Part shown: one piece after another, positions 25,263 to 35,634 of the stretch
How the letters are laid out: the number at the start of each line of letters is the position of its first letter
Position numbering within the stretch: position 1 is the first letter of the stretch
Source of the DNA: a candidate division WOR-3 bacterium
GTDB lineage: Bacteria; Hydrothermota; UBA3073
Reading direction: 5' to 3'
Assembly: GCA_030606335.1 (NCBI GenBank)
Contig: JAUWGP010000003.1
Span: 26,065 to 90,064 of the forward strand
Length of the DNA: 64,000 nucleotides
Notes under the pieces: generated by a model
Database searches by the model: none
What the model was told of the DNA's origin: nothing
What the model saw: only the letters and a program-made list of their open reading frames with translations
Position numbers and translations under genes: made by a program

Positions 25263-27146
25263 TCACTTCTCCCACCTATCAGGTGTAATGTAGTCTCCGT
25301 ACTTTTCCCCTGCCTCGTTCAAACGTCTCTTTTCCTCTTCTAAAATTTTAAACAATACGGGGGGTGTATCAGTAACAGTGGTCTCATATATTTTCTTAAT
25401 TCTCTCAATCTTTGAAAGGCTTTCGGGCACCTTGATGGTAAACTGTTTTATGTAATCTTCCCTTGAATATATCTTGTTCAACAGCTCTTTAAAGATTTTC
25501 CTGAGGTCATCGTACATGGGTATATATCCTGTGGGAGTCTTTAATGCATCAATCTCGTTATACACACGCAATTCCATCCACTTGAGCCAGACACCCTTGT
25601 CAACCCTCTCGTTCATAAAATTTCCATTTCTGTCCTTAAGGAAATAGTTAACCCCAAATATCTTAGGTGGTTTTTCCATAGAACTACCGAATTTTAAATT
25701 CATATCTACGTATCTGCCAATTGGCACTGAAAGAAAATCCAGATTTGACATAGGGTTGAATTGTCTAACACCTTCTTTACCAAGTGTGGCAGCAGTTGTT
25801 TCTGATTCGAGTGATGCACCTTTGGTTATTATTCCATGTGTCCAGTCGAATGCCTCCTCTACAGGAACCCATGTATCTGAATCCCTGCCCCCATATATCA
25901 TCCCACCTATCTCAACCCCGTTTGGGTCATTCATCTTAAAGTCCACGCTCTTTAAACTACTCAGTTTAATTGTAAATCGTGCGTTTTTATGTGAGGGTGT
26001 AACCTCATTACCCTCTGTATCCTTTTTACCAGGTACCCATTCACCTGAATGGTTTTTACCCTTCTTAGGCACATCACCATCTTTACCAATCCAGTATACA
26101 CCTTTATCTTCTTTAATTAGAACATTTGAGAATATAATCTCGTTCGGTGAATTTAAAGCATTCCATATTATTGGGTCATCCTTAGAATTTACACCCATTA
26201 TTATCCCAAAAACACCTGATTCTACATTAACTGCATATGCCTTATCCCCTCTCTTCCTGATATAGGCTATGTCATCACCAACTATGGTTTCATGAGGTAT
26301 CATGGCTGTTGAGGTCTTTCCACATAAAGAAGGGAAGGCACCAGTAAAGTATGTAGTTCTTTTATCTGGTCCATGAACACCCATTAAAAGCATGTGTTCT
26401 GTAAGCCATCCCTCCTTTGCGGCTCTATGAATAGCCAAACGCATGGCAAGTTTCTTTAATCCTATCGTATTACCACCATATTGTGTGTTAACTGAATATA
26501 CAACTGCGTCTTCAAAATCAATATATATCCTTCGCTTATCTATATTCCTACTTACCTTTCTTTCATCAAGCTCCCCAGCACTGTGGACAAATTTAAAAAA
26601 CTGAGCCGAACGACCCTGTCTTTTGAATTCTTCATAACCATTTCTATAGAGCAAATCTTCACTGTGTGCCACATAAGCAGAATCAGTAAGCTCAACACAG
26701 GGAATTGAGAACTCTGAATTCGTTGGACCAAGACAGAAAAATCTTATATAGAGTTCATGTCCCTTCATTATGTCTTTCATAATCTCATGAATCTCCTGGA
26801 GACCTTCATGTTTATCAATTGTGTTTAAGTTTGGACCTAAATCTACGCCCTTTGGGACGAGAAATTTAGTGTGTCCTTTATCTCTTGCCTGGTCATAGTA
26901 TCCATCAAAATGAACAGAATGTCCCTCTATAGCCAGCTTCATTTCTTCGCCATTCCTTATTGCAGTTTCTTTGATATACCTTATATCCTCTTCTGAATCT
27001 GTTGAGATAAATACCTTATCTGGATTACACAACTCTATATACTCTGCCACAAATTGGTGCAAATGTGGATTATCTATTGCCATAAGCTTGTGATAATTTT
27101 TTTTATCCAATCTGTTTTCATGCAACTTTATTATATTTTCAGGCAT
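25263..27146 (-). CDS. pckG: phosphoenolpyruvate carboxykinase (GTP)
   Basis: FPSLCGKTSTAM kinase-1a loop, GDDIAY, QYGGNTIGLKK; 627 aa. Confidence 0.9.
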   Translation of the reverse strand: MPENIIKLHENRLDKKNYHKLMAIDNPHLHQFVAEYIELCNPDKVFISTDSEEDIRYIKETAIRNGEEMKLAIEGHSVHFDGYYDQARDKGHTKFLVPKGVDLGPNLNTIDKHEGLQEIHEIMKDIMKGHELYIRFFCLGPTNSEFSIPCVELTDSAYVAHSEDLLYRNGYEEFKRQGRSAQFFKFVHSAGELDERKVSRNIDKRRIYIDFEDAVVYSVNTQYGGNTIGLKKLAMRLAIHRAAKEGWLTEHMLLMGVHGPDKRTTYFTGAFPSLCGKTSTAMIPHETIVGDDIAYIRKRGDKAYAVNVESGVFGIIMGVNSKDDPIIWNALNSPNEIIFSNVLIKEDKGVYWIGKDGDVPKKGKNHSGEWVPGKKDTEGNEVTPSHKNARFTIKLSSLKSVDFKMNDPNGVEIGGMIYGGRDSDTWVPVEEAFDWTHGIITKGASLESETTAATLGKEGVRQFNPMSNLDFLSVPIGRYVDMNLKFGSSMEKPPKIFGVNYFLKDRNGNFMNERVDKGVWLKWMELRVYNEIDALKTPTGYIPMYDDLRKIFKELLNKIYSREDYIKQFTIKVPESLSKIERIKKIYETTVTDTPPVLFKILEEEKRRLNEAGEKYGDYITPDRWEK

Positions 27147-27420
27147 ATTATTCCTCCCCTATTTATGATGTAATACGTCAAAGAATAGCATACCATAATA
27201 TGTGGATAAAATTGGTTTCTATTATAACACCAATTTCTCAAAATGTCAATCTTTTTATATACTTCAATCTCATTTAACCTCTTAAATAACACAAGAATTT
27301 ACTTTCTATAATTTAGTTGATTCAAAATACATACGAGCATATGAATAAACTCTTAAATATAGGAATTATTAAATTTTTCTATAATCGCAGGGCTTACATG
27401 CCTAACAGCAGTCAGTAAGA

Positions 27421-27660
27421 CTTGTCGTATATTCTCTCTATTGTAATGAGATTGCCACGCTCCTGTTAGTCGCTCGCAATGACAAATAAGTCATTAAATG
27501 GTAGGCGTAGACTTTATGCCTGCGAAGGAACGAATGAGATTGCTGCGCTCACTTCGTTCGCTCGCAATGACCGGGGTTGGTATCTGTCATTGCGAGGAGT
27601 CCGTCGTCCGTCAAGAAGTGCGACGGATTGACGGACAACGAAGCAATCTTATCACTTAGA
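27421..27660. repeat. composite dispersed repeat ('cattgcgag' family), copy C
   Basis: gagattgccacgc...gtcgctcgcaatgac, gaacgaatgagattgctgcgctcacttcgttcgctcgcaatgacc, gtcattgcgaggagtccgtcgtccgtcaagaagtgcgacggattgacggacaacgaagcaatc. Inverted relative to copy A. Confidence 0.6.
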
Positions 27661-27752
27661 TTCTATGGAATACTATGTGTTAATCTTATTCTTTTAATAA
27701 TATGATAATTGGCTTTTTCAAATTTATTTTCCTAATGATATACCTAAAATAC

Positions 27753-27781
27753 TTGACAAGTCAAAAAAAATGTGATATAAT
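27753..27781 (+). promoter_or_regulatory. consensus sigma70 promoter upstream of thiC (TTGACA-N17-TGaTATAAT)
   Basis: ttgaca at 27753-27758, 17-nt spacer, extended -10 tgatataat at 27773-27781, 39 nt before the thiC ATG. Confidence 0.55.
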
Positions 27782-27819
27782 AGTCGTGCTTTTAATTTTC
27801 TTACTCAAAATAACCCACT

Positions 27820-29127
27820 ATGACTCTTATAGAAAACGCTAAAAAGGGTAAAATTACCTCAATTTTCAGGACAATAGCTAAGGAAGAGGGACAATTACCT
27901 GAATATATAAGAGAGGGTATATCAAATGGGACTATAGTAATCCCCTCTAATAGTAAAAACCCACCCAGGAAAGCCGTTGGCATAGGTAAGGGATTGCGGA
28001 CTAAAGTTAATGCAAATATAGGTACATCACCTGATATTGCTGATATAGAAACGGAGATTAAGAAGGCACGCATTGCTGATAAATATGGCTCAGATACAAT
28101 AATGGATCTATCAACTGGTGGTGATCTTTCTAATATTAGAAAGAAGATCAGAGAGGAATTTCCAGGTCCGCTTGGAACTGTTCCCATCTATGAGATAGCC
28201 TGTAGAAAGGCTCAAAAAGAAATAGATTTTAGAGATGCGGGTGAAGAGGAGATAATTGATATTATTGAGGAACATGCAAGAGATGGTGTCGATTTCGTAA
28301 CAGTGCACTGTGGGGTTACAAGAGGCGTTGTCGACCTACTCAAAAGCCATGGAAGAGTTATGGACATAGTATCTCGAGGGGGGTCTATTCTTGCTGCATG
28401 GATGGAATACAATAAGAAAGAAAACCCTTTATATACATATTTTGATAGACTTATTGAGATAGCAAGGGAATACGATCTGGTTCTTTCGCTCGGTGATGGA
28501 CTTCGTCCCGGCTCAATTATTGATTCGACAGACAAACCTCAGATAGAAGAAATGATAGTGCTTGGTAAATTAAGAGACAGAGCACTCAAAGCAGGTGTCC
28601 AGGTAATGATAGAGGGACCTGGACACATTCCAATTCATGAAGTAGAAATGAATATCAGGATAGAGAAAAGCATTTGCAAGGGTGCTCCATTTTATGTTCT
28701 TGGTCCAATTGTGACTGATATAGCACCCGGCTATGACCACATTACATCTGCAATCGGTGGTGCACTTGCAGCAGCCTGTGGTGCAGATTTCCTGTGTTAC
28801 GTTACTCCTGCAGAACATATTGGCCTACCTACAGTGGATGATGTAAAAGAAGGTGTAATTGCTGCAAGGATCGCTGCACATGCCGGGGATCTCGCCAAGG
28901 GGATAAGAGGAGCTTCCCAGATAGATAAAGAAATATCCATGGCAAGAAGGAGTCTTGACTGGAAAGAACAGAGAAAACTCGCCATAGACCCGGAAAGAAT
29001 TTCAGAAAAAAAATCAATAGAGACCTGTACAATGTGTGGTAATTATTGCGCAATAAAAATAACAGAACAGTACGTAACCAGTAAGATAGGTAAGAATGCA
29101 AAAAAAATTAAAAAGTCACAGAGATAA
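27820..29127 (+). CDS. thiC: phosphomethylpyrimidine synthase, short form
   Basis: 435 aa. ThiC core motifs including the C-terminal CTMCGNYC Fe-S cluster motif. Confidence 0.9.
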   Translation: MTLIENAKKGKITSIFRTIAKEEGQLPEYIREGISNGTIVIPSNSKNPPRKAVGIGKGLRTKVNANIGTSPDIADIETEIKKARIADKYGSDTIMDLSTGGDLSNIRKKIREEFPGPLGTVPIYEIACRKAQKEIDFRDAGEEEIIDIIEEHARDGVDFVTVHCGVTRGVVDLLKSHGRVMDIVSRGGSILAAWMEYNKKENPLYTYFDRLIEIAREYDLVLSLGDGLRPGSIIDSTDKPQIEEMIVLGKLRDRALKAGVQVMIEGPGHIPIHEVEMNIRIEKSICKGAPFYVLGPIVTDIAPGYDHITSAIGGALAAACGADFLCYVTPAEHIGLPTVDDVKEGVIAARIAAHAGDLAKGIRGASQIDKEISMARRSLDWKEQRKLAIDPERISEKKSIETCTMCGNYCAIKITEQYVTSKIGKNAKKIKKSQR

Positions 29128-29344
29128 ATCAAAAATACATAAGCTAACGTTAAAATTCTAAACAACAATTTCTAAATCCTAAACAACATCTAAATCCCAA
29201 TTTTCCAAATTCCCCGAAACATCACATGATTGTTAGGAATATATAATTTGAAGTTTATTTATAATTTCGTATTTTGAGTTTTAACTTTTTGTTTGTAATT
29301 TTTATATTTGATATTTAATTTTTTATTTTATTATAGGGGGTATT

Positions 29345-30685
29345 ATGGCTGAGAAGAAATTGTCAGTTGAAGAGCTCCTTGCAAAAGCAAATAAGCCTGG
29401 AGAGGATGCTATGAAACTACATCCTTTCTATCGAGGAAAGGTAGAGATTGTTCCTAAGTGCTGTGTTCGTGATTTTGATGACTTTGCAATATGGTATACA
29501 CCCGGAGTTGCAAAACCTTGTAGGGACATAGAGGCACATCCCGAGAAGGTATTCGAGCACACCAACAAGGCAAACTTCGTTGCGGTCATAACAGACGGCA
29601 CCAGGGTACTTGGGCTTGGTGACATAGGTCCTGAGGCGGGAATGCCTGTTATGGAAGGAAAGGCACTTCTCTTTAAATATCTTGGAGGAGTGGATGCATT
29701 CCCAATATGCCTCGATACAAAAGATCCCGAAAAGATCATAGAGACCGCTCTTCTGCTCCAACCAACTTTCGGAGGTATTAACTTAGAGGATATCTCTCAG
29801 CCGAAGTGTTTCCATGTTCTTAACGAGTTGAGGAAGCGTGCCAGAATTCCTGTATGGCATGACGACCAGCAGGGTACTGCCGCTATTATATGTGCTGGAT
29901 TAATCAACGCCGTAAAACTTGTAGGAAAGGAACTGAAAAATGTTAAAATAGTAATGGTCGGAGCTGGTGCAGCAAATATTAGAACTGCATGGGTAATTAT
30001 AAAGGCGGGTGTGGAACCAGCAAATATCATCCTTTGCGATACAAAAGGGACGCTTCACAAAGGGAGAACAGACCTCGTAGAAAAATATAAAGAAAAATGG
30101 GAACTTTGTAAGATTACCAATGCAGAGGGATTAAAAGGAGATGTTGCTGATGCTATGAAGGGAGCCGATGTTTGTATCGCAGCATCTAAACCAGGACCAG
30201 GTACCATAAAACCTGAGTGGGTTAAGAGTATGGCAAAAGATGCTATAGTATTCCCCTGTGCAAATCCAATCCCGGAAATATGGCCCTGGGAGGCAAAGGA
30301 AGCTGGAGCAAGAGTTATAGCCACAGGTAGATCTGATTTTCCTAACCAGATTAACAACTCACTTGGATTCCCTGGAATATTCAGAGGAACACTGGATGTT
30401 ATGGCAACTACTATTACCGATGAGATGTGTATAGCAGCTGCTCAAGAACTTGCAAAATGTGCTGAAGACAAGGGTTTACATGAGGAATACATTATCCCGA
30501 GTATGGGTGAGTGGGAGGTATTCCCCAGAGAGGCAGTTGCCGTCGGGCTCAAGGCTATAGAACAGGGTGTTGCAAGAATAAAACTTGGCAGAGAAGAGCT
30601 GATGAAGATGGCAGAGGAGAAAATCAAGAGGGCAAGAGATGAGACAAGCGTATTGATGAAAGAGGGATTTATTCCTTTGCCGTAG
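29345..30685 (+). CDS. NAD(P)-dependent malic enzyme (short MaeB-type)
   Basis: YTPGVAKPC, VITDGTRVLGLGDIGP, VMVGAGAAN Rossmann motif; 446 aa. Confidence 0.9.
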   Translation: MAEKKLSVEELLAKANKPGEDAMKLHPFYRGKVEIVPKCCVRDFDDFAIWYTPGVAKPCRDIEAHPEKVFEHTNKANFVAVITDGTRVLGLGDIGPEAGMPVMEGKALLFKYLGGVDAFPICLDTKDPEKIIETALLLQPTFGGINLEDISQPKCFHVLNELRKRARIPVWHDDQQGTAAIICAGLINAVKLVGKELKNVKIVMVGAGAANIRTAWVIIKAGVEPANIILCDTKGTLHKGRTDLVEKYKEKWELCKITNAEGLKGDVADAMKGADVCIAASKPGPGTIKPEWVKSMAKDAIVFPCANPIPEIWPWEAKEAGARVIATGRSDFPNQINNSLGFPGIFRGTLDVMATTITDEMCIAAAQELAKCAEDKGLHEEYIIPSMGEWEVFPREAVAVGLKAIEQGVARIKLGREELMKMAEEKIKRARDETSVLMKEGFIPLP

Positions 30686-30749
30686 TTCCTTATTCGTTTA
30701 TTGCTCTCTGTAGTAAGTTTGGCGGATTATACACCAAATAAGAATATAA

Positions 30750-30770
30750 GGACAGGGGTTTTTTCTGTCC
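30750..30770 (+). terminator. rho-independent terminator after the malic enzyme gene
   Basis: ggacaggggttttttctgtcc: a GGACAG/CTGTCC stem with a T-rich loop and tract. Confidence 0.55.
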
Positions 30771-30931
30771 AGAGGTATATCAGCCAATCAGATTATCAGT
30801 AGGAAGAGTATCAGGGCATCAGCATATCCGTTAAGATAAGGGAAGTGCCTGATACCCTGGTAAGCTGATATTCTGCCCGCTGATATAGAGATATCCTGAT
30901 ATGCACTAAAATTAATTGATCAGGGAGGTCT

Positions 30932-31438
30932 ATGTCATATATCATTGCTTTTCTGCTGTTGGTAGTACCCCAGGATTTTTTCCACCTCTCTTTAACATCA
31001 GAAGGGAAGTGCTTTGACCTTTTTCTTCCTCTACAACTTATTGAATATACGGATATATTTATGGAGAGTGAGGGTGGTCTGGATGAGTTACTAAAGAAAG
31101 CAGAACTTCATATTGGAGACACTTTAATAGATATAAATACTGAAGAAGATAAGCTGCTTATGGTTATTGTGGGAAAAGATGAGATATTGGAAAGGGGAGA
31201 AAAGTGTCTAAAGTGGCTTTGTTTGAAGATAGAGGATAAAAAAGAGGGAGACGTTACGATAAAAATTCCAATATGGGCTTTTAATGTATTATCAAAGTTC
31301 GGGGTTGATACGATGGGTGAGTTAGATGCTACTTTTTTATATACACTTGTAGAATCCATAGAGGAGATGGGAGGGGGAAGATATAAGTTTTTGGAGATTA
31401 GAGATGTAGAAAGCTCGATAGATATTTATATAGAATAG
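30932..31438 (+). CDS. hypothetical protein
   Basis: 168-aa ORF, followed by a strong bidirectional terminator. The true start may be the ATG at 31063. No motif recognised. Confidence 0.4.
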   Translation: MSYIIAFLLLVVPQDFFHLSLTSEGKCFDLFLPLQLIEYTDIFMESEGGLDELLKKAELHIGDTLIDINTEEDKLLMVIVGKDEILERGEKCLKWLCLKIEDKKEGDVTIKIPIWAFNVLSKFGVDTMGELDATFLYTLVESIEEMGGGRYKFLEIRDVESSIDIYIE

Positions 31439-31456
31439 AATCTATCTGTTAAAAAA

Positions 31457-31478
31457 GGGGGTGAGTTGTCTCACCCCC
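31457..31478. terminator. bidirectional rho-independent terminator between convergent genes
   Basis: aaaaaaGGGGGTGAGttgtCTCACCCCCtttcc: a perfect 9-bp GC-rich stem flanked by an A-run and a T-run. Confidence 0.65.
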
Positions 31479-31505
31479 TTTCCTTGTTAACCTCTTTTAG
31501 TAGTC

Positions 31506-32306
31506 TCAATCATCCCCCAGTCGCCTGAATCCTGCAACAGGCTGGAATCCGTACTTGAAGATGAAGTTGTGATGACCATTTACCTTTCTACTCGTAACCA
31601 ACATCTTGAGATAGTAACCATTTTCCAGGTAAAGGATATATATACTCCCGGTTGCTGTTATCTCTGCGTAGTTTAGATAAGCCCCTATACCGAATTCCGG
31701 AGCTATCTTTGTATTTGTGAAACCCGTCTCCCCGGTTAATGCTGTAGTATGGAATCTTGTCTCATTAGCATCATCCCACCATGCATCAGTACTTATTATC
31801 TTATCTGTTCCCTTTGCTACGCTCACTGTATCCATATAGAAATCAATTAAATCTTTGTTGCCAACTACCATAGAATATGTATTCCCGGCACCATTTTCAT
31901 CCCATCCATAGGCACTGTATCCAGTGTCAATGGGTGCATCGAACCACCAGACAGGGCCCTGATTTGCAGCAATAATTAGTTCTGTACTTGCCTCTATAGG
32001 ATTGCTCTCATCGTCGTTCCTATACGCCCTAACCCTGTATGTACCAAGTTCTGTTGGGTTATTATGGGTATATTCTGTATTGGTTACATTATCTATACTT
32101 ACATCATTCAGTCTTATGACATATCCATCGATATCAGAAGTAGGAGACGCATCCCAGGTGAGTTTAATGGAAAGACTATCGTTACCCGCAACCTCAATCT
32201 GAAGGTTACTTGGGGCCTGTAATGCCTCTACAGGTTCTGTTTTACAACCGCCGCCTGATAAAATTAGACATATTGGTGTTAGTAAAAACGGGATTAATTT
32301 TTTCAT
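31506..32306 (-). CDS. lipoprotein with fibronectin type III-like domain
   Basis: Signal peptide plus ILSGGGC lipobox-like cysteine; LQIEVAGNDSLSIKLTWDASPTSDIDGYVIRLNDVSI...YRVRAYRND (Fn3 pattern). Confidence 0.55.
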   Translation of the reverse strand: MKKLIPFLLTPICLILSGGGCKTEPVEALQAPSNLQIEVAGNDSLSIKLTWDASPTSDIDGYVIRLNDVSIDNVTNTEYTHNNPTELGTYRVRAYRNDDESNPIEASTELIIAANQGPVWWFDAPIDTGYSAYGWDENGAGNTYSMVVGNKDLIDFYMDTVSVAKGTDKIISTDAWWDDANETRFHTTALTGETGFTNTKIAPEFGIGAYLNYAEITATGSIYILYLENGYYLKMLVTSRKVNGHHNFIFKYGFQPVAGFRRLGDD

Positions 32307-32318
32307 ACCACCTCCTTT

Positions 32319-32855
32319 TTAATATGTTTTCTTTTCTATTTTTTTACGCTCTGCTTCTTTCTCCTCTTCAATTCTTTCTTCTGGCTTCTCGACAGTCTCT
32401 TTCTCTTTCACGTCGATTTTTCCTCCTTTTATATATGCTTTTAGTCCCTCAAGTCTCACACCCTCACCTTTCAATACCTCAATATCTTCAAAAAGTCCCC
32501 CAATCCTATCCCTGATGATAGGGATTTCTTCCTTTATGGGACGGGTTGCTCTGGGGTTCCCTTCTAAAATATTAAGAGAATCATTAATGGTTTTAAGTCT
32601 TATTTCTAATGATATTAACTCACGCATTCGATTCTTGAGTTTGTCTATCTCAGGGATAAGTTCCTCAGATGGATTTTCAATAATTTGCTTTTCAAGGTTA
32701 GAGGCTTGTTCTATTAAATGTTTACCTTCCTTTATATCTTGTGATAGAGAAATTATATCCGCCTTTAATCCCTTCAATCCTATCCTTACAGGATTTGCAC
32801 AGGCAAGAATAAGTACTAATCCCAGAAGCACTGCTATTGTCCATTTAAATTTCAC
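32319..32855 (-). CDS. coiled-coil lipoprotein
   Basis: Signal peptide with LILAC lipobox; heptad-rich, charged C-terminus (EEKEAERKKIEKK). Confidence 0.5.
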   Translation of the reverse strand: MKFKWTIAVLLGLVLILACANPVRIGLKGLKADIISLSQDIKEGKHLIEQASNLEKQIIENPSEELIPEIDKLKNRMRELISLEIRLKTINDSLNILEGNPRATRPIKEEIPIIRDRIGGLFEDIEVLKGEGVRLEGLKAYIKGGKIDVKEKETVEKPEERIEEEKEAERKKIEKKTY

Positions 32856-32906
32856 GATACCCCCATAATAATATTAAATATCAAAAATCAAATTGCAAAA
32901 AATTAA

Positions 32907-33204
32907 CCACAGAGAGCACAGAGATTAAAGATTATTTTCTCTGTGTTCCCTAAAGCACTATGTTTTTCTAATTCATATAATAGAATAAAAGATAATAATT
33001 CCTTTAATCTAATAGTGTAGGTGCTTTTTAAAAGAAAAACAAGTTTATTCGAAGAATCCTCCTGAAAAGTTCTCAAATCTTTCACCCTCTTATTTTGAAA
33101 TAGGAGAGCACACAGAGGAACCAAAGAGTTCTTATTTCTTTTTCCCTGCTCGCTCTATGTCTCGCTAAGGCGGGACGACCTCTGTGGTTACACTTCTGTG
33201 GTTT
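32907..33204. repeat. MITE-like element with CCACAGAGAGCACAGAGA-type ends, copy 3
   Basis: ccacagagagcacagaga at 32907-32924, ggagagcacacagagg at 33103-33118, and inverted cctctgtggttacacttctgtggttt at 33179-33204. Confidence 0.5.
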
Positions 33205-33341
33205 ATTCATAAATTTAACATAACCATTAAGAATATCAAAGATAAATCCACAAAAATATTATAAACCAATTTTAATGTTTTGTCAAGGAAATTTTTAGAG
33301 AGCTCAAAGGTAGTTTTTTAGAAGCTCTCTAAAAAATTTAC

Positions 33342-33369
33342 TTGACTTTTTCAGGATTTGTGATATAAT
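33342..33369 (+). promoter_or_regulatory. consensus sigma70 promoter (TTGACT-N16-TGaTATAAT)
   Basis: ttgact at 33342-33347, 16-nt spacer, tgatataat at 33361-33369, 12 nt before the 33382 start. Confidence 0.5.
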
Positions 33370-33381
33370 TATGAATACTAT

Positions 33382-35505
33382 ATGGAAACAATTATATCCA
33401 TATTAATCCTTACTACACTTATTTCTAATAATGGAAACATCGAAAATTTCCTGAACTCAAGCCATATATATAGTATGTTCCACAATGAGAACTTGATATA
33501 TTGTGCAACAAGTGGTGGTGCAGCGATTTTTGATACAAGTACAGGTAGTTTTGATAGAATTTTCACAGGCAAAGGACTTGCTAAAAATGATGTAAGAGAT
33601 ATTATTTTAGATAAATATGGCAATATTTGGTTTCTATGCTATGGTAAAGGTATATCGATTTTATCACCTAATAATATATGGAAAGAAGTAAGCGGCGAAT
33701 GGTATGAGATTCCTGAGTCGGTATTTTGTATAAATATCCTTTCTGATACTGTCCTTGTTGGAACTCACGATGGAATTAGATTATGGGACATAAAAAATAC
33801 GAACCCAATGGAAAAGACAGACAAAATGGAAAAAATCTCAACATATCCAGGAAATTTTGTAAAAAATATAATTTTTTTAAATGACACCTTATATATATGT
33901 ACTGATGAGGGAATCGGAAAGGTCACCCTGTCAAACATCGAGCATTTCTCAGAATGGAATACTATTACTGAAATTGGTAACGTTAATTCTGTTGAGATGT
34001 TAAGAGATACGTTATGGATAGCAACATCAGGTGGTATCTCATACATTAATGACGGAGATTATCATTATGTTGCCTCATATGACTCAAGAGATTTTACTGT
34101 TTGGGGTGGAAAATTATGGGTTGCGACATACAACGGACTCCGCCGATGGAATGGTACAGGATTCTCATTTACCCCAATCATAAAGGAATTAAGATGTTTT
34201 CTTCCTCTGTCCAAGCTCTGGATAGGTTCCTGGGGAGAGGGTATCTTAGAGTTTAATTACGATACGGTAATAACTCATATTCCTGAAGGACCAGGAGATA
34301 ATAGGATTGGTGATATAGCCGTTGATGAAGCTGGAAACCTCTGGAGTATTAATGGAGGATGTATGGTTTCTAAATACAATGTAGAGGAAGGTATATGGGA
34401 AATTTTCAATCTAAATAACGAGTGGAATGTACAAGGAGGCGGTTTAAGTGCGCTGGCAGTTGCAAAAGATAGTAAAGTATGGTTGGGTGTTTGGAACTGG
34501 TCTAACGAGGGACCTGCTCTTATACGACTATATCCTGATGGCACCCTCGACACCCTCTTCCGTCTTCAGGGTAACAATGTAATAAGTGATATTGCAATTA
34601 GTGATAGTAATGATGTATGGGTTTCAACATGGAAAATAGAGGGGGAAATTTCACGCCTTCGAAGATATAGGCGGGGTTCTATTGATTCTATTGATATTTT
34701 TACCTTTCCACCTGGAATTAACCGTATTACATTTGATAACCAGTTAAATACATGGGTTGGGTGTACCTATGAACTAAGTGGAGGTGTTTATAGAATAATA
34801 AATCAATCTGAAGCAGAAGAGCTCTTATGTCCCGAAATCCAGGGAGAGGAAATTCATTCTCTTGCATTTGACTTTGAGGGGAGAATATGGATTGGAACAC
34901 CAGCAGGGACATATGTGATCAGAGACGGAATCATAGAATATTTACTAACGAGCGGGGATACAGATGTGGTAGGAGACGTAGCACAAGACATCATATGTGA
35001 CATCCATGGCAACATCTGGCTATTACTCGAACCAACTCCTGGTGTTACTGAAGGGGGCTTAACAAAAGTCACAAGTAACTTTGAGTTCTCATCCATTACA
35101 CATGCAGATGGACTTCTACCTGTGAGTATAGACTACAGCAAAGGAAAAGACTATCTTGCCTATGACGCAACAAGAGGCTGGTTATGGATAGCAACCAGTG
35201 AGGGTATTTCAAGATACGACACTGGGATTACCCCCCCCTCCACAATCTTCTCGGTACTGGTCTATCCAAATCCCTTTTTAGAAGATGTACATACCTTCAT
35301 TAAGTTCTATTCTGATGATTTAATGGGGGGGAGCATAAGAATATACTCTCTTAGCGGTCAATGTATAAAAACATTCTCTAACATAAACGGAGATACACTA
35401 AAATGGATAAACCCTGTTCTTGCAAGCGGGGTTTACATATATACTGCATATGCTGGTTCTGAGAATAAAGATAAAACGATAGGAAAATTTTCAGTTATTC
35501 GTTAA
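33382..35505 (+). CDS. secreted beta-propeller (two-component-regulator-propeller, Reg_prop-type repeats) protein with T9SS C-terminal sorting domain
   Basis: Repeated W/G-rich blades (NIWFLCYGKGISIL, LWIATSGGISYI, LWVATYNGLRRW, RIWIGTPAGTYVI, WLWIATSEGISRYD). C-terminus VLVYPNPF...GVYIYTAYAGSENKDKTIGKFSVIR is the por-secretion-tail pattern. Confidence 0.7.
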   Translation: METIISILILTTLISNNGNIENFLNSSHIYSMFHNENLIYCATSGGAAIFDTSTGSFDRIFTGKGLAKNDVRDIILDKYGNIWFLCYGKGISILSPNNIWKEVSGEWYEIPESVFCINILSDTVLVGTHDGIRLWDIKNTNPMEKTDKMEKISTYPGNFVKNIIFLNDTLYICTDEGIGKVTLSNIEHFSEWNTITEIGNVNSVEMLRDTLWIATSGGISYINDGDYHYVASYDSRDFTVWGGKLWVATYNGLRRWNGTGFSFTPIIKELRCFLPLSKLWIGSWGEGILEFNYDTVITHIPEGPGDNRIGDIAVDEAGNLWSINGGCMVSKYNVEEGIWEIFNLNNEWNVQGGGLSALAVAKDSKVWLGVWNWSNEGPALIRLYPDGTLDTLFRLQGNNVISDIAISDSNDVWVSTWKIEGEISRLRRYRRGSIDSIDIFTFPPGINRITFDNQLNTWVGCTYELSGGVYRIINQSEAEELLCPEIQGEEIHSLAFDFEGRIWIGTPAGTYVIRDGIIEYLLTSGDTDVVGDVAQDIICDIHGNIWLLLEPTPGVTEGGLTKVTSNFEFSSITHADGLLPVSIDYSKGKDYLAYDATRGWLWIATSEGISRYDTGITPPSTIFSVLVYPNPFLEDVHTFIKFYSDDLMGGSIRIYSLSGQCIKTFSNINGDTLKWINPVLASGVYIYTAYAGSENKDKTIGKFSVIR

Positions 35506-35529
35506 TATCTACTAATTTGAATTTTTTTC

Positions 35530-35558
35530 TTGACAAATCAGGTTTTTTTTGTTAAAAT
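35530..35558 (+). promoter_or_regulatory. consensus sigma70 promoter (TTGACA-N17-TAAAAT with upstream TG)
   Basis: cttgacaaatcaggttttttttgttaaaat; nearly identical in architecture to the promoter at 61470. Confidence 0.5.
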
Positions 35559-35634
35559 ATACTAAGCACTAAAGACCTTTAGTTTTTCTTATGTTGTTTT
35601 TAATATAAACCTATCACCCCAAAAAGGAGGGGAT

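Noticed and set aside
25076-25343. ORFs of 70 and 79 aa as genes.
   Set aside because: They overlap the hairpin repeat and the cttacgcc microsatellite and the PEPCK 3' end. Composition is repeat-driven.
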